The notes beneath the pieces were generated by a model. It worked only from the letters and a program-made list of their open reading frames with translations. It was not told the origin of the DNA and made no database searches. Below, one piece after another: positions 13,094 to 26,999 of a DNA stretch of 64,000 nt; the first letter of the stretch is position 1, and each line of letters starts with the position of its first letter. Source of the stretch: Octopus sinensis (taxonomy: Eukaryota); assembly GCF_006345805.1 (NCBI RefSeq), contig NC_042998.1, forward strand, positions 41,974,001-42,038,000, written 5' to 3'. Position numbers and translations under genes: made by a program.

Positions 13094-13095
<2 letters not shown>
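12057..13095 (+). mobile_element. Decayed DNA transposon with transposase pseudogene (hAT superfamily, possibly hATm-like)
   Basis: Begins TAGGG. Subterminal inverted matches include gaagacaccc/gggtgtctcc and tttagaggttgctac/gtagcaacctctaa. Manual translation from about 12390 to 12800 gives QPHDDYKELLELMLIFLG...FKAPGGYHRA*WMAKLIYCIKIW...KFLRHLWYLSEELVVLAF. The superfamily is recalled from the TAGGG end and the RW motif, not from a search. Confidence 0.75.
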
Positions 13096-13127
<32 letters not shown>

Positions 13128-13299
13128 ATATGTATGTATTTACATATATGTGTGTGTATGGGTGTGGGTATGTTAGTATCTCCTTGTCTTGTCATCATAT
13201 CATAGTTGTAAACAAGTGCCGTGTGGTGATGGCACTTGTTTTACAACTATCATGTTATGTGGTGTCGTTCAATTTTTGGTCTTCTTTGAAAACATATCT

Positions 13300-13446
13300 G
13301 ACCATGGAGAAATATTACCTTACTTGGAAACAAGTGAAGGTTGGTGATAGGAAGGGCATCTGACCCTAGAAAATCTACCTCAACAAATTCTTTCTGACCC
13401 ATGCAAGCATGAAAAAGTGGACATTAAAATAACAATGATGATAATG

Positions 13447-13450
<4 letters not shown>
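13300..13450 (+). mobile_element. RTE-type 3' end with (GAT)n-like tail
   Basis: ggttggtgataggaagggcatc...cccatgcaagcatg...ggacattaaa followed by atgatgataatgat; the same tail occurs at 21350-21507 and 42040-42145. Confidence 0.65.
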
Positions 13451-13482
<32 letters not shown>

Positions 13483-15244
13483 ATGCATGTATATATGTGT
13501 GTTGTATGTACATTTGTGTGTGTGTGTTTGGTTTAAACAACAATATGTGTACCTATCTCTACCTGTTTGTTTTCATTTTATTTAATAATTCCATTTTATT
13601 GCGTTTCCATTCATATATACCATTTTTTTTCAATTTAAGTTTGAATAAGGTAAAGTATACTAAGAATTTATTGCTTATTTCATGGCTATTTCTTTCTTTT
13701 TTTGTTGCTGTTTATTGCTTTTACTTGTTTTGTTTTCAATTTTTTTAATACAAAACTTATTTTTGCATTATTTCAGGGAAAGTAAGAAATTTATCAAAAA
13801 CATTTCTGACTATTTTCCCTCACATATTTTCTTCTATAAGTTTCATCATAATTCTAATGGGGCTATCAAATATAATTCAGTAACATTAATCATAAATTGC
13901 TGACACAGATTTAGTTTTACTTTGGAGTAAGCCTACATCCATACCTCAGGCTAAACTACTGCTTTAAGGAAATATAGATTACACTTTACATATTGAATAA
14001 CAGTGTTTACCTTATTTATTTATCTATGTGTAAACTCTTGATTTTTATCTTGGAAATTTGCAGTATTGATTTTTGACAAATGTATTTACTACTTCTAAAC
14101 ATTCATTTCTTCAGATCATTGTCTTTGAGAGCCATTCACCTTACACACTGTTCTTGCTCATGCAGCTTATGTGCTTTGAATATGAGTTGTCAGCTGACCA
14201 ACAATACCATTACATCATCTATGCAACCTTTTATTAGACTGCTTTCTTCTGATTAAATTTCTAGAAAGATTTTCATTTTAATGACATGATATTCAATAGC
14301 TTTTATGTGAAATTTATTTATTTAATTCATTATTTTTATTTATCTTGAATTTTATCAGAAAGGAAAACAAACATTATAGCATCTTTAAAAGCTTTATGTT
14401 CTTTGAATATTTGATATGATATAATCGATGTATATCATATAAATAATTGAGTTTGAATTAATATTTGACCAATTAGTTTTAGATATGTTTGATTTGATAA
14501 TAATGGTGGTAGTGATGATGATTTATTTTGACTCAGCATAAGGTCAGTTTTGTAGAATCTTTGTGTAGTCAATCAATAGTCACTTGAATTAACTTATCAT
14601 ATTACTGGCATTTATTTTACCAGCTTGGTACTGATGAATGTCAATGTTCATTGATATTTAATGTGAGCAATCATTGTTTTTATTTTTGATCTTTGTTCTG
14701 TGCTTATTCTATGAATAAGCCAGGTTTCTTCCACAAGATCCTTTGATTAGATACTATGTGAAGTTAATTATGTGTTAAGTTTAGTTTTTCCAGCTCAGCA
14801 TCCAGACTTAACTTCACTACAGTTCATATCTGTGTTTCACTTAGTTTTGATCCTGTATTTCCTAAATAGGACCAGCTAGCTAAGTAAATATTCATGAAAA
14901 TACTCATGTGTCCTAGGTTAGCTGATGTCTGACTGTTATGTTCTATTTTTCTGATCTGTATTTGTGAAGGATGTGCATCTTGCACTGTAATGCTAGATAT
15001 GTGTATGTGGGATATAAGTAATTGCTCAGAAACTGAAAATAGGAAAGTGTGAAAAGAAAGAGAAATGAGAGTGTGAAAAGTAGCTGCAAGAAGGTGTGAG
15101 AAACAGAGCTAGAGAGAGAGAGAAGGTGACAAAGGAAAAAGCATATACGAACTAAGTGGCTAAGGGAAAGAAATAGAAAGAAGGATAGATAAAGAAAATG
15201 AGAGTGAGAGATAGAGAACAGGCACAGATGTTGTAACCATGAGT

Positions 15245-15289
<45 letters not shown>

Positions 15290-15422
15290 GGAGGGAGGGA
15301 GAAGAGAGAAAGAGAGAAGAAGACTGAAATGTGAGAGAAAAATGATAGGACAGATGTTGCAGTCAACACATGCACACACATACACTCATAGAGAGGGAGA
15401 GAGAAGGAGAGGGAGAGAGGAG

Positions 15423-15461
<39 letters not shown>

Positions 15462-17759
15462 AAAGTACAAAGTACAACCACTGCTGCTATGATAGATGTA
15501 TAGATAGAGAAAAAGAAAGAAAGAAAAAGATAGGACAGTCACTGCTGCCAGTAGAGAGAGAAAGAAGGAAAATACGAATGCTACTATTGAGAGATAGATA
15601 GAAAGTGAAACAGTAATAAACGAACTGATTAAGTCAATTCAATTTGTCAGACAAAAAATACAAACCACAAAACAAAAAAAAAATGTTTATATTTATGTGA
15701 GTGTTTAGTGCAAGTTGGAAATATGTAATCACTTCCAATAATGCATAACACAGTAATACATTGAAATCTTATTTTCCTTCTGGTTTTGATAACTTCTTTC
15801 AATCATAGAATGATCTGTGAACTTAGCAGGCATTGCCAAAGATAATCTGGTATTTTAGACGGCTTGTAAACATTTTTGTATTTTCAGAAAATACAAATCT
15901 GAACGGATAATTAATTTCTTTTTGTGTCTATAAATTAATTTTTAGTGACATGGAAATTTATAAATACACTTTTATTTTTAATATGTATTTTAATCTTATT
16001 TACTTACTTGTGAATATTCCCAACACAAAATAAGCTTTATAACATTGCTTTATTTACTTTTTCTGCTGCAGCATCGTATTGCCTGGTTATGTGAGGCTTG
16101 CTGAACGTTAATACTTATTGATTTAAATGAATAGGTTTAAGGTTTAAAAGATAGGGCTACATATTCATAACAATAGATCAGACATAAAAACATTTCATCA
16201 GCATCAAAGGAAATACAGCGTTCAATCAAGTGTAAAACCTGATGATAGACTGAGCAGATGACACATTGTGTCATATGACTGATTGGAAAGAGCAAATGTC
16301 TTATCATGTGACCAATAGGCATGAGAAGAAAACATGGTGTTAAAATATTTATTTGCTCTCTGTTAAAATTCTATGGGTAGTAGCACAGTTTTTCACTATG
16401 TCAAGGTTATTTACCAAGATTGAACAGACGGAAATGTTAAGTTAGATAGTTTAGGTTATTTTTCACAACTTTATTCAGTTGTCTTTTATTTTCCCCATGA
16501 ATTGTTCATTTTGAGAATTTAACTCCGAGGCAGCACTACTTACAAATAAATTTGAACTTAACTGAAATGATCCTTTAGGTGGTTGAGTTAATTGTTACTG
16601 GATTTGACACCACCACCTGGCCTCATGGTGTCTTTTGGAGAGAATTCACTCTGTTGCAAACATTTTGGCTAGGTCTCTCCAGTCAGAGAATAATTTGATA
16701 TTCTGATGTGCTCCTGATGTGCTGCTACAGAAACACAAAACAATGTTGCTTTTTCCCTTTCCTCAATAATCTAGAACCACTATAAATGATAAGTGTTGCC
16801 CTTCCTCCTCTGGCTAAATCATAAAGAAAAATTACAAATCATATAGTAAAAAAAAATAAAACCTTATATTTATACTCTTGTTTTTCTTTTCTTTTTTCTT
16901 TTTATCTGAATAATTTTTAATTTAATTACATACACTACGAACATTATTTAGGCATACAGTTACATAAGTTGTTCTCAAATTTTTTTTTTACTTTTAAATA
17001 GTTTCAAAAGTCAGAAGTTTGAATGGATTAAAAAGGCTTATCTGAATATCCATTTATAACATCTTAACCTTTCTTAGACATGTAATAATATACTGCAGTG
17101 AAACAGTATAGTGACAATAGTTGAAAATCAATGAGCTAAATTTGTAGACAAATATCCAGATTAAGAAACTAAGAATTCATTTATTTTATTTTTGTTACAT
17201 ATTTGGTACCATTGGTACAAGACATTACTTAACAACCTAATAACCTTAGTTATTTAGGTCAAGTTCAATCTTTTTATAATTTTCTACTTTTAAGAAATGA
17301 TATCTAAATCATTTTCAAGTTTCATTGCACCTGTCTGAGACAGGTGGTTCATAATATTTCATCAGCAGCACCATCTGCCAATTGGAGTAATATTTTTTCT
17401 TTAATCTAATGACTAATGATTAATGCTGATAGCTTAGTTTAAAAAAAAAAATTATAAATTAATTTTAGCAATGTCACATATTGCCTAGGAAACTCACCTT
17501 TTCTTTCTTTTTAGGCAAAATGTATAATACATGGCCTCTGTATATACATTATATATTTGTATATGAAATGTTTAGTTGAGGTTCTACCTTAAAAATCTGT
17601 TGCTAGTAGTTATTGCAACTTATTGCATTCAAATAAATTTAAAAAGAAAATTTGTTAAACCTCTGCACACAACTGTGTTGCCTCCTCACTCTGTCCATTT
17701 TGTGTGTGTGACAATAGTTTCTGTTTCTCTGAACTAGTTAGTTGCTTGTTATGATCACA

Positions 17760-18075
17760 GGCATGGTTATATGGTCAAAAGAATATTTCCTGGATAAAGC
17801 GTCTTATTGGACAAAGACTGTATGGCAGTCTTATTACAATCACTGATATCATTTAAAGGAGAACCATATATTTTTAAAGGATATTACTGGAGAGTTAATC
17901 AGGAACTCATTAATGGTACACTTCTGTGGACACCCCAACGTGGATACGTTGCAAAATCCTTCATTGAACAGTTCTGTATGGGCATGGGACATTGCCTATG
18001 CCAACCTCTTGAATGCTATACAGGATTATGAAGTGTGGCATGATCAAGTCAAGAAAATCCAAGTAGCCTTCAGCA
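17760..18075 (+). mobile_element. RTE-clade LINE ORF C-terminal remnant
   Basis: Frameshifted translation NISWIKRL..QRLYGSL..ITDII / GYYWRVNQELINGTLLWTPQRG / NLLNAIQDYEVWHDQVKKI resembles RTE C-termini (GHCWR..EL...LLW.P..G; NAM.DR..W...V). This explains ORF 17807-18031. Confidence 0.7.
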
Positions 18076-18574
18076 GATGAAAATGATACTAAAATCTATG
18101 ATCTTGTATATTAGTTATAACTATTCCTCACACTTTTTTTGTGGTTGATTTATGCAGGAATCTTCAGATCTTACAGTGGTTATTTTCACTTAAAGTTTTT
18201 AAAGTTATAATTTTTCATTTACTTTGAATTCTAATTTCTTAGCAACCATCCAGTGTGTATTCCTTCCTATCCTGTTGTCTCTTTTCATAAATATTTTTGT
18301 TGTCATTTTCCCTCACACTTGCACTATACATGTTGTTCACAATTTTTCTCCTTTTACCAGACAATCATTCCTTACTGTCATGAGGGCTTCCATGTATATT
18401 TGTTTTAATGAAGATTTGCTTTAATCATCTGTTCCTTTGTGAAGGCCATGATCAGACTTTTCTCTTTACTTCTTTAATCCTCCATATTCTGTTCAAGCCT
18501 ATGTTCTCATATGACTAGAATATTACAAATTATACATGAAATAAGCAATAAGACAAAACTAAAATCTGAAATAC

Positions 18575-19950
18575 ATCATCATCATCATTTAATGTCCATT
18601 CTCCATGCTGACATTGATGGGATGATTTGACAGGATCCAGCATGTTGGCAATATGGTATGGGTGTTGAGGATTTCTGTAAGGGCTCCAGAGCTATTCCAC
18701 ATTATAAGGATGAATATGAGTGAAGGGTGTGAGCAGAATGAAATGTCAAAGAGAGAAAATGAATGAGGGTAGCAAGGATCTAGTAGGGAACATTGAAAGA
18801 AAATGAGGTGTGGGGAGTCGTGGGGGTTGGCTATGGAGGAAGAGATGAGAGAGTGTTAAAGTAGCAGAGTAGCTGCTGGGAAGGACATTGAAAGAAAAAG
18901 AGGCAGAAAGGGAGTGGTAGATGGCAGTGAGTGAGTAAATATCACAGGTGATAAGTTAAGATTTCTAAATGATAGGGTGATGATTGAAGTGAGTGAGGAG
19001 CTGAATGGAGGAAGGAAGGTGGGTATAGGTGAAGTGATGAAGATGGACTAACATACTCTCTCACATATAGGCTTACTGAAGAATGATGAGGGTGGTATGG
19101 ATGGTGCCATTCATATTTGTAAGGTTTATAGGAGGTCAGGAGAGAAGAGATAAAGGGTGTGAGTATATTCACTTCAATATGTGTGTGTGTGTAGGTCTAG
19201 TCATGGCTGTGTGGTTATGCAGTTCCCTTTGCAATCACATGGGTTTGAATTCTGTCCCATTCTGTGGCACTTCAGAGAGGTATCTTCTTTTATAGCCCAG
19301 GCCAACTGATAGCTTGGCTTGTGAAGTGGAATTGGTTAATGGTTCCATGTTGGTATGGGTTGGAGAGTTTAACAGGATCCTGTAGATTGAAGAATTGCAT
19401 TGTACTCTAATGTCTGCTTTGGCATGATTTCTATGGCTAGATGCCCTTCCTTATGCCAAATGCTTTACAAAGTAAATTGTGTGCTTTTTGCATGGCACCA
19501 GCACTAGTGAGGTCACCATGTGGCTCACAAAACTAAGATCCCTTTTGATTAAGTGGGACTACAGCAAAGAAAGGCAACTCTGTGCTAGGAGATGAGAGGT
19601 TAAAGAAGGGGTCAGAACATAACAGATTTCTTGTTGTAGAGGAGCTACATGGTTGTTTACATTATAGAGGACTGACCAGAATGGAGCTAGAAAGAGAGAC
19701 AGAAGAGTATTGATGAGGTGTCAAGATGGACTCAGAGTGAGGGTGGGTAGTAGTTGCAAGGGTGTATGGGGAGAGTGAGGGTTTGTTAAAGATAGTGAAT
19801 TGGTGAATATAATGAAGGACAAGGGCTGTGGACCAGTTGAGGATAGACAGAGGGAAGATAGGGCAGACTGGGTAATGACTGTAGAAATTGGGTAGGGTTG
19901 AGGGGTGAATGTAGTGAATTAAGGACAAAGGTGAAAGGGTGATCAATAAT
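18575..19950 (-). mobile_element. RTE-type long 3'-UTR repeat fragments, interrupted by a SINE head at about 19195-19345
   Basis: Starts with the (CAT)n-ttaatgtcc tail on the + strand, followed by a purine-rich tract similar to 27000-28150 and 40730-41800. Confidence 0.55.
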
Positions 19951-19965
19951 GCAATAATTTTTTTA

Positions 19966-20256
19966 AAGCTTAGTACTTATTCTATTGGTCTCTTTTGCTG
20001 AACCACCAAGTTACAGGGATGTAAACACACTAAGACTGGTTGTTAAGTGGTGCGGGGGGGGGGGACACACACACACACACACACTCATATACACACGAGG
20101 GGCTTCTTTCAGTTTCCCTCAGCTAAATCCACTCACAAGGCCTTGGTTGGCCTGGTGCTATAGCAGAAGGCACTTGCTCAGTGTGCCATGCTGTGGGTCT
20201 GAATGTGGGGCCATGTGATTGGGAAGCAAACTTCTTACCACACAGCCATGCCTGTG
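19966..20256 (-). mobile_element. tRNA-derived SINE (family D) with internal (CA)n
   Basis: On the - strand the head is ggcatggctgtgtggtaagaagtttgcttccc, followed by a body ...gcaagtgccttctgctatagc...gaaactgaaagaagccc; further copies lie at 20965-21110, 45495-45655 and 59583-59895. Confidence 0.75.
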
Positions 20257-20786
20257 TCTTGTGTTGAATCCTCCTTTAAAAACATTATTGTTCCAAGAAG
20301 GTAGTCATATTTATTACTAAGCATGCCTTCTCTATATTTTGTATTATTAACTCTGGTTGTTTTGATTGCCTGGCTAGTGTATACGATAAAACCCTATAAC
20401 CTTGTGGGCTCTTCAAATTCAGTGTCTGGATCTAGATAGTGCTCATACTATTTTTTTTCATGTGAAGAGCTCCAAAACAGCTGCAGATCTTTCAGTAGAT
20501 GTATTAGTCAACCTTATGAATCTATCTTTATATTTCGAAGTCCCAAAATAAGCTGTACCTGGCATGATTGTGTTTATGTTTTACTAAGTAGCTTTTTGCT
20601 GCTTTATCTTTATCTGCATATATAAACAGAAAAGATAGGTGATTCCTGATGAACTATAAAGACAAGAAAACTAGTTAGATCATTCCCAACCCCAAACTAC
20701 CCCACAAAATGGCCCTCATGGGCCTAATTTTACTATAAGAGTAAATACAAATGGATGTTATTCTGTATGTGTATGTGTGTGTATGC

Positions 20787-20817
<31 letters not shown>

Positions 20818-21164
20818 TGTATGTATGTATGTGTGTGTATGTATGTATGTAGTATGTATGTATGTATGTATGTATGTATGTATGTATGCATGCATGCATG
20901 AATTATGTATACACGTATGTATGTTTGTATATACATATATACATGTACAGGCTTCTTTTAGTTTCTGTATATTAGGGCCATTCACAAGGCTTTGGTTAGG
21001 CCAAGGGCTATAGTAGAATACACTTGCCCAAGGTGCCTTGCAATGGGACTGAACCTGGAACTATGTGGTTAGGAAGCAGACTTTTTATCACACCACCACA
21101 CCTACATCTATTTAAGTATATAAAACCTTATGAAATCGAATTGAACTATCGAAATCGAATTGAA

Positions 21165-21507
21165 CCAGCCAGGATCCCTGGTCTGGTGGTACGTAAAAAG
21201 CACTATCCGACTCGTGGCTGATGCCAGCACCGCCTCGACTGGCTTCCGTGCTGGTGGCACATAAAATACACCAATCCGACCGTGGCCGTTGCCAGCCTCG
21301 CCTGGCACCTGTGCAGGTGGCACGTAAAAAGCACCCACTACACTCACGGAGTGGTTGGCGTTAGGAAGGGCATCCAGCTGTAGAAACATTGCCAGATAAG
21401 ACTGGAGCCTGGTGCAGCCTTCTGGCTTCCCAGATCCCCGGTCGAACCGTCCAACCCATGCTAGCATGGAGAATGGACGTTAAACGATGATGATGATGAT
21501 GATGATG
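21165..21507 (+). mobile_element. Young RTE-tail-type short retroelement (family C) with three internal units of about 65 bp and a (GAT)n tail
   Basis: CpG-rich. ggtgg(c/t)ac(g/a)taaaa-type units start at about 21185, 21253 and 21316, followed by gttggcgttaggaagggcatccagctgtagaaac...ggacgttaaacgatgatgatg. Confidence 0.85.
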
Positions 21508-24267
21508 AAGACAGTGTCACAACATGGCTTGTCCAAAGTTAAGAAATTTATAGTATGCCACATATTTCTTTCAAGGTCTTTTAATTTTCAAATAATAGGA
21601 GTTTTGAGAATATAGAAAGTTGAGTGAACAACTACCTCAACATGTCATGATCACTTTGCATTGTATCAGTGAGTTTAATGCAGATGCCTATGCAAATAGT
21701 GCTTTTGAATTTTGACATAAGCAACGAATTGAATATGTAGCAGTTACATATTGCAGTTAGTTTTTTTTTTTTGACACCTGTACATGACTATTGTTTATTT
21801 TATTGACCTCACAAGGATCACAAAGTTTACTGACAGAGAAATTGAAATCAAAATGCTAAAGGGACATAACTAAATATATATAAAAAAAACAAAAAATATT
21901 TCAACGCTTCACCTATCTGTTAATCTATTAAACTACCTACCTGTACTAATAACTGCACCAATAACGATTATTAATGGTTACAATTTCTGTTTGTTAAAAT
22001 ATTTTTCAGTTTAATAGTCACAAGATCTCACTGACAAATCAGCATACTGATAATGTTCAGACTTAATTAGAATTTCCTCACTGCCATATTGCTTTTTTTT
22101 AAAAATATTTTATATTTCTTCCCTAGACCTGTTGATGAGTGTGACTTCCTGAATATTTTTGCTTCCTTTTCACATTCTTGTCTACCCATCATACACCAGC
22201 TGTCATCATTGAACAACATTGACCGTCCCTTGCTTTTAGAATTGTACATCATGTAACAATGAATATGTTAATGGTGATGATATTTATTAAACACACTGAT
22301 TTGGTGGTTTGAGAAAATTACTGTCACACCATATATAGATATTTGATTAGTTCTAAATTAAATTCTTTTTAATTTCCTTTGCATATGTGAAAAATTCTTT
22401 ACTAAAAACAAATTTGCCAGACCTCCCATTGTTATTTATCTGATCAATTAATTCTTATCTCCCACTCTTTTGATATTATATACATGTGAAGCACGAGTAA
22501 TGCTTGTACAACCTTTGATGATATCATCACAACCATTACTGCAGCAGATTCCACTGCATTTTGCAGCTTCCTTTTTTCATTCTGCTGCTTAAGTTGGCTT
22601 TACATCATTTGATTGATGCTGCTTGGTAACATTAATATTTGTAGTTGCATTGTTGTTGTGGTTTTAGCGATGGCATTAGCGGTTGCAATGGTGATGGTGA
22701 CAAAAAAGTGTTTATTTTAGTGGCATTAGTATTTACAAGACATTTAGACTGATTTTACTCTCCATTTATTTATTTTTTTCTTTCAATTTTTAAAGATATC
22801 TGCCACTTTAATTTCACTACCTTCTTGTATCAATGTCATATGATATTGACTATTTCTGCTAGAAACCAACATTACTGGCTGTAGTTTTACTGCTATCTTT
22901 GCCTTGGCAACGGTGGCATCAGCTTCTTCTGTCTGAGCAGCAAGCCTCCTCTCAATGCAGCACTGATGAAGCTGGCTTTTCAGAGAGCCATGTTGGATGG
23001 AGAAAGTGGAAGGCAGAGAAGGCTACTGATTAGGGCTGGAGGTCAAATATTACATTATGGGATAGCTGAGAATAAATTACTTAGCCTGGTTCATGGTTTA
23101 TTTTGCTTCCTGACAAGATATTACAACTATTCTTTTGTTTTCTATTTTATACTTCCCACTATAGAGAGAAAATAATCTGACTTATTTTGCATGAAGACAA
23201 AAACAAAAACAAACACAAAATCAGAATCATAAAAACAAACAAAACAAAACAATTACACTGTTATGCTACAAATAGACTTGGTATTTTATATTTTTTTCGT
23301 GTTTAATCTTAACACAAGTGTTTGCTTGTGTCTTAAACATTTCATTTGGCTTTCAAGGAAAACCAATTGTAGCTATATGTTCATGTGATCTGTATGTAAA
23401 ATGACATCCAAATATAATGTATGACACAGAGAAACAGAGAATGGGCCGAATGCGGAAGATCCTGTCTGGCCTGAGTGACATTGACTCTCTTGTGGTGACT
23501 ATTTTACTCTTTTTTCGCAAAAAAAAAAAAAAAAATTTTTTTTTTAAATTCCCTAATTCTAGATAAGCATGTTTTGAAAATTTATTTATTTACTTATATA
23601 CATTGCTCATTATATCTTTCTATTTGGCTGATTTTTCTGTAAAATGTTTTATAAGTACCAGTTTTATAAATTTTACATAGATTGTCTTAAAGGTCACTAC
23701 AAGTTGTAGTGCAGATGATGCACCAAAATAATGGTATGGGAGGACATCCCACATGCTGGACTAATTGTTTATGTATAAATATAGTAATACCTTAATAGTG
23801 AGATGATATCATAAATAAAAGGGGATAAATACCACCAATTATCTATTGACAACCTGAGATCATTGGACACTATACATGTTTGTGTGTGTATTTGTGCTTA
23901 AATTTGTTTTTGCTTCTGTGTATGCACGCGTGTGTGTGTGTACACATTTGCGAGCGTGTGTGTGTTTATGTATGTGTTTGAGCGTATGCGCATGTGTGTG
24001 TGTTTATATGTGTTATCAAATAATTTATATATGTAAACAAATACTAATTTTTCAAGAAATAAATATGCTAGCTTTCTCCAAGTCAGCAAAAATTAAACAT
24101 TTTATTCCTTTTTTGTTAGTATTATATTTAGAGATACTTCTCATCTATTAGTATGTTAATTTGATATATAATTCTGTACACACACTTGAGTACACGTGTG
24201 TATAGTGTGTATATATGTGTATATATATGCATATATATATTTACACAATAATTGGTGTGTGCATGTG

Positions 24268-24309
<42 letters not shown>

Positions 24310-24457
24310 CGTATGTATATATGTATACATGTTTAATCAACTCCCTCTCTAAACCATTAAATATTTACCATCATGTTTGTATTTGTATTTTGCATTTGCA
24401 TATGTCATTGTGCTCTTGCATGCATGTAGTGTGTGTGTTTGTGTGTGTGTGTTTGTA

Positions 24458-24488
<31 letters not shown>

Positions 24489-24839
24489 GTGTGTGCATTG
24501 TCAATATTTATGTTTGTGAACATGTTTTTGAAAATGAATGTAAATTACTGGGTTTTTTTTTTTACTTCTTGATAGATATAAAATATCTTCCTACTTTATA
24601 CAACTGTCGAGGTCATGAACTTGTTCTTTGGTAACTGGCAGTAATGATGTCACAGATACAGTTCACTAAAAGACTGCTTGCAAAATACTTAAATAAATAA
24701 ATAAAATAATTAATAGGGTGAGAAAGTCAGAAATTTCTGTATGTGAATATTATATAGTCACATGAAAAGCAAATTTGTTTTCTTGCCAACAGTACACCAA
24801 ATCTTAGATTGTGTATAAAAGAATCCATAAAGATTTTTC

Positions 24840-25043
24840 ACAGGTAGTTCTTCCAAAAAAATAAGTGCATTATTTTATTGACCCTGGAGAAGATGAAAGG
24901 TGAAGTTGAAATCTTGCTAAGGTTAACATTGCTTTTTATCGGTCTGGGATCAATAAAATATAGTACCAGTCAACTGAGGTTGAATGTATTAGCTAATCCC
25001 CTCCCATCAAAATTACTAGCTTTGCGCCAAAATTAGAAAGAAC

Positions 25044-25091
<48 letters not shown>

Positions 25092-25540
25092 CATCATTAT
25101 TATTATTATTATTATGATGATGAAGCTAGGAGAATTGTTGGTACATTGGATAAAATACTTAGTAGCATTTTGTCTGTCTTTATGTTCTGAGTTCAAATTC
25201 TGCTGAAGTTGACTTTGCTTTTCAACCTTTTGGGGTCAATAAAAGAAATACTTGTTGAAACTGGGGTTGATGTAATTGACTTATACCCTCCCCTGAAATT
25301 GCTGGCCTTGTGCCAAAATTAGAAATTATTATTATTATTATTATTATTATATTATTATTATTATTATTATTATTATTAAACTGGAAGAATTGTTGGTACA
25401 CTGGACAAAATTCTTAGTGGCATTTCATCTGTCTTTATGTTCTGAGTTCAAATTCCACCAAGGTCAACTTTGCTCTTCATTCTTTTGGGGTCCCCCCACC
25501 AAATTTCAAGCCTTGTGTCTATAGAAGAAAAAATTATTAT
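24840..25540 (+). mobile_element. Tandem cluster of tRNA-derived SINEs (family B) separated by (ATT)n tails
   Basis: Repeated gttctgagttcaaattc...gactttgct(t/c)ttca...ggggtc...ccttgtgccaaaattagaa(att)n units at about 25125-25330 and 25380-25530, plus a partial unit upstream. Confidence 0.75.
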
Positions 25541-26999
25541 GAAGAAGTCATCATTATTACGTTTATTATCTTTTATTATATTATTTTTATTTTAGTATAC
25601 AAAGTATATCATTTGTTAATCATAGAATAGGGCATTAGCATCTGATGTGGCAAAGCTGTCTCTAAAAATTTTGAATTCTGATTGCAGTCATTTCATTTTG
25701 TTTAAGACAAGTATAGACATCACACAAATTCATTCCTGTCACCCTATAAACCATGAGTTCTCTGTATATGTAAGAATTTCATATTGTTCAAAGTCAGTGA
25801 TTCTGCCAATTGTCAAGTATATTCTAAACATTGTTTACAATATCATTATGACATCATGTTGCTGCCATAATTGAATAAATATTCATGGTATATGCTTGTT
25901 TATAGGTCTGTGAGGTTGTGTGTGTTTTTTTGTTTTTTTAGCTCACATTTTAAACATTCAAAGCTTTACAATGATCTTAGTTGGGTAATTGAAAGTAGTG
26001 AAAAACATAGGTTAGGTTTCTGTATTTATAAATCTAAAACTCTAAATGCTACAAATGTGCAACTATTAAAAATAATTTCCAGATTAAATTTACAGCAATA
26101 TTTTATGAGTTATTTCCCTTGAATACACTGACTTGCCAACTTTATTGAGCTCAAGCTAAAATTTTTCTAATTTTGTGAGATTACATTTAAGTATATGAGA
26201 TTAATGTTTTCTCTCAGGTGCTTTTCACCTGTTAATTAACACAGCTCAGAGACAGTTCCTTAGCAAAGAAGATTTACAATTTAGGACATCTTTCACTCAG
26301 TCAATTGCAGGTGGAATGTTAGAGCAGAAACTGAAAAATAATGTACACTATTTTTCTGAACTGACATCATGTTAATTATATAAAAGCCCTGTATACATTT
26401 TTAGCAAAAATCTTTTAATTCACCATTATTCCAGTGTTTTGTTGTTGTTGTTTAGAATATACTTATTGATTGGTGGAATTATTAGTGTTGGGCAAAACAC
26501 TTTGTGGTATTTTAGCTCTTTATGTCCTAAGTTTATTCCCTGTTGAGGTCAACTTTGCCTTGCATTCTTCCTGGGTGAATAACATAAAGTACCAGTCAAG
26601 TACTGATACTGATGTAATTGACTCTCTATTCCTCCATAACTGCTGGGTTGTACCTAAAATTAGGACCGTTATACACACACACACAAACCTAGAAATTCTT
26701 GGTTTCTCAGGAAAAGAGCAAAAGAAACTGACACAGATTCTCCAAATCCAATCTATCAACAACACAGTGAAGATTTGTAAGACATTCCAAAAATTGCCCA
26801 TGTGAGGATCTTATGTGAATAGATGCACACACTTGGGTGTATGCATTGGCAGTTCAACCAACACACTGACTCAACTACATACTTACAAACACCAGGAACT
26901 GTCTTAACTCACAAAGTCTTGTTGCCTTGTTAGCAACTGGTTTGAACTCTCTCAAAAAGAGCTTGAATTAAACTCAAGGAAAAATCATACATACATCCA

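Noticed and set aside
16650-16724. - strand 75-nt exon candidate (STSGAHQNIKLFSDWRDLAKMFAT)
   Set aside because: Good acceptor but isolated, with no neighbouring exons to confirm a - strand gene.
20638-20685. CUGAUGA...GAAA-ACUAGU-UA with palindromic AACUAGUU, hammerhead-like
   Set aside because: The 13 nt between A9 and G12 cannot form stem II, stem I needs a bulge, and there is no repeat context; probably chance.
23510-23546. T-run/A-run/T-run self-complementary tract
   Set aside because: Homopolymers, and possibly a sequencing or assembly artefact.
23430-26360. + strand exon candidates at about 23430-23495 (KQRMGRMRKILSGLSDIDSLV), 25709-25771 and 26218-26311
   Set aside because: Each has only one strong splice site or no recognisable homology; RNA-seq is needed.
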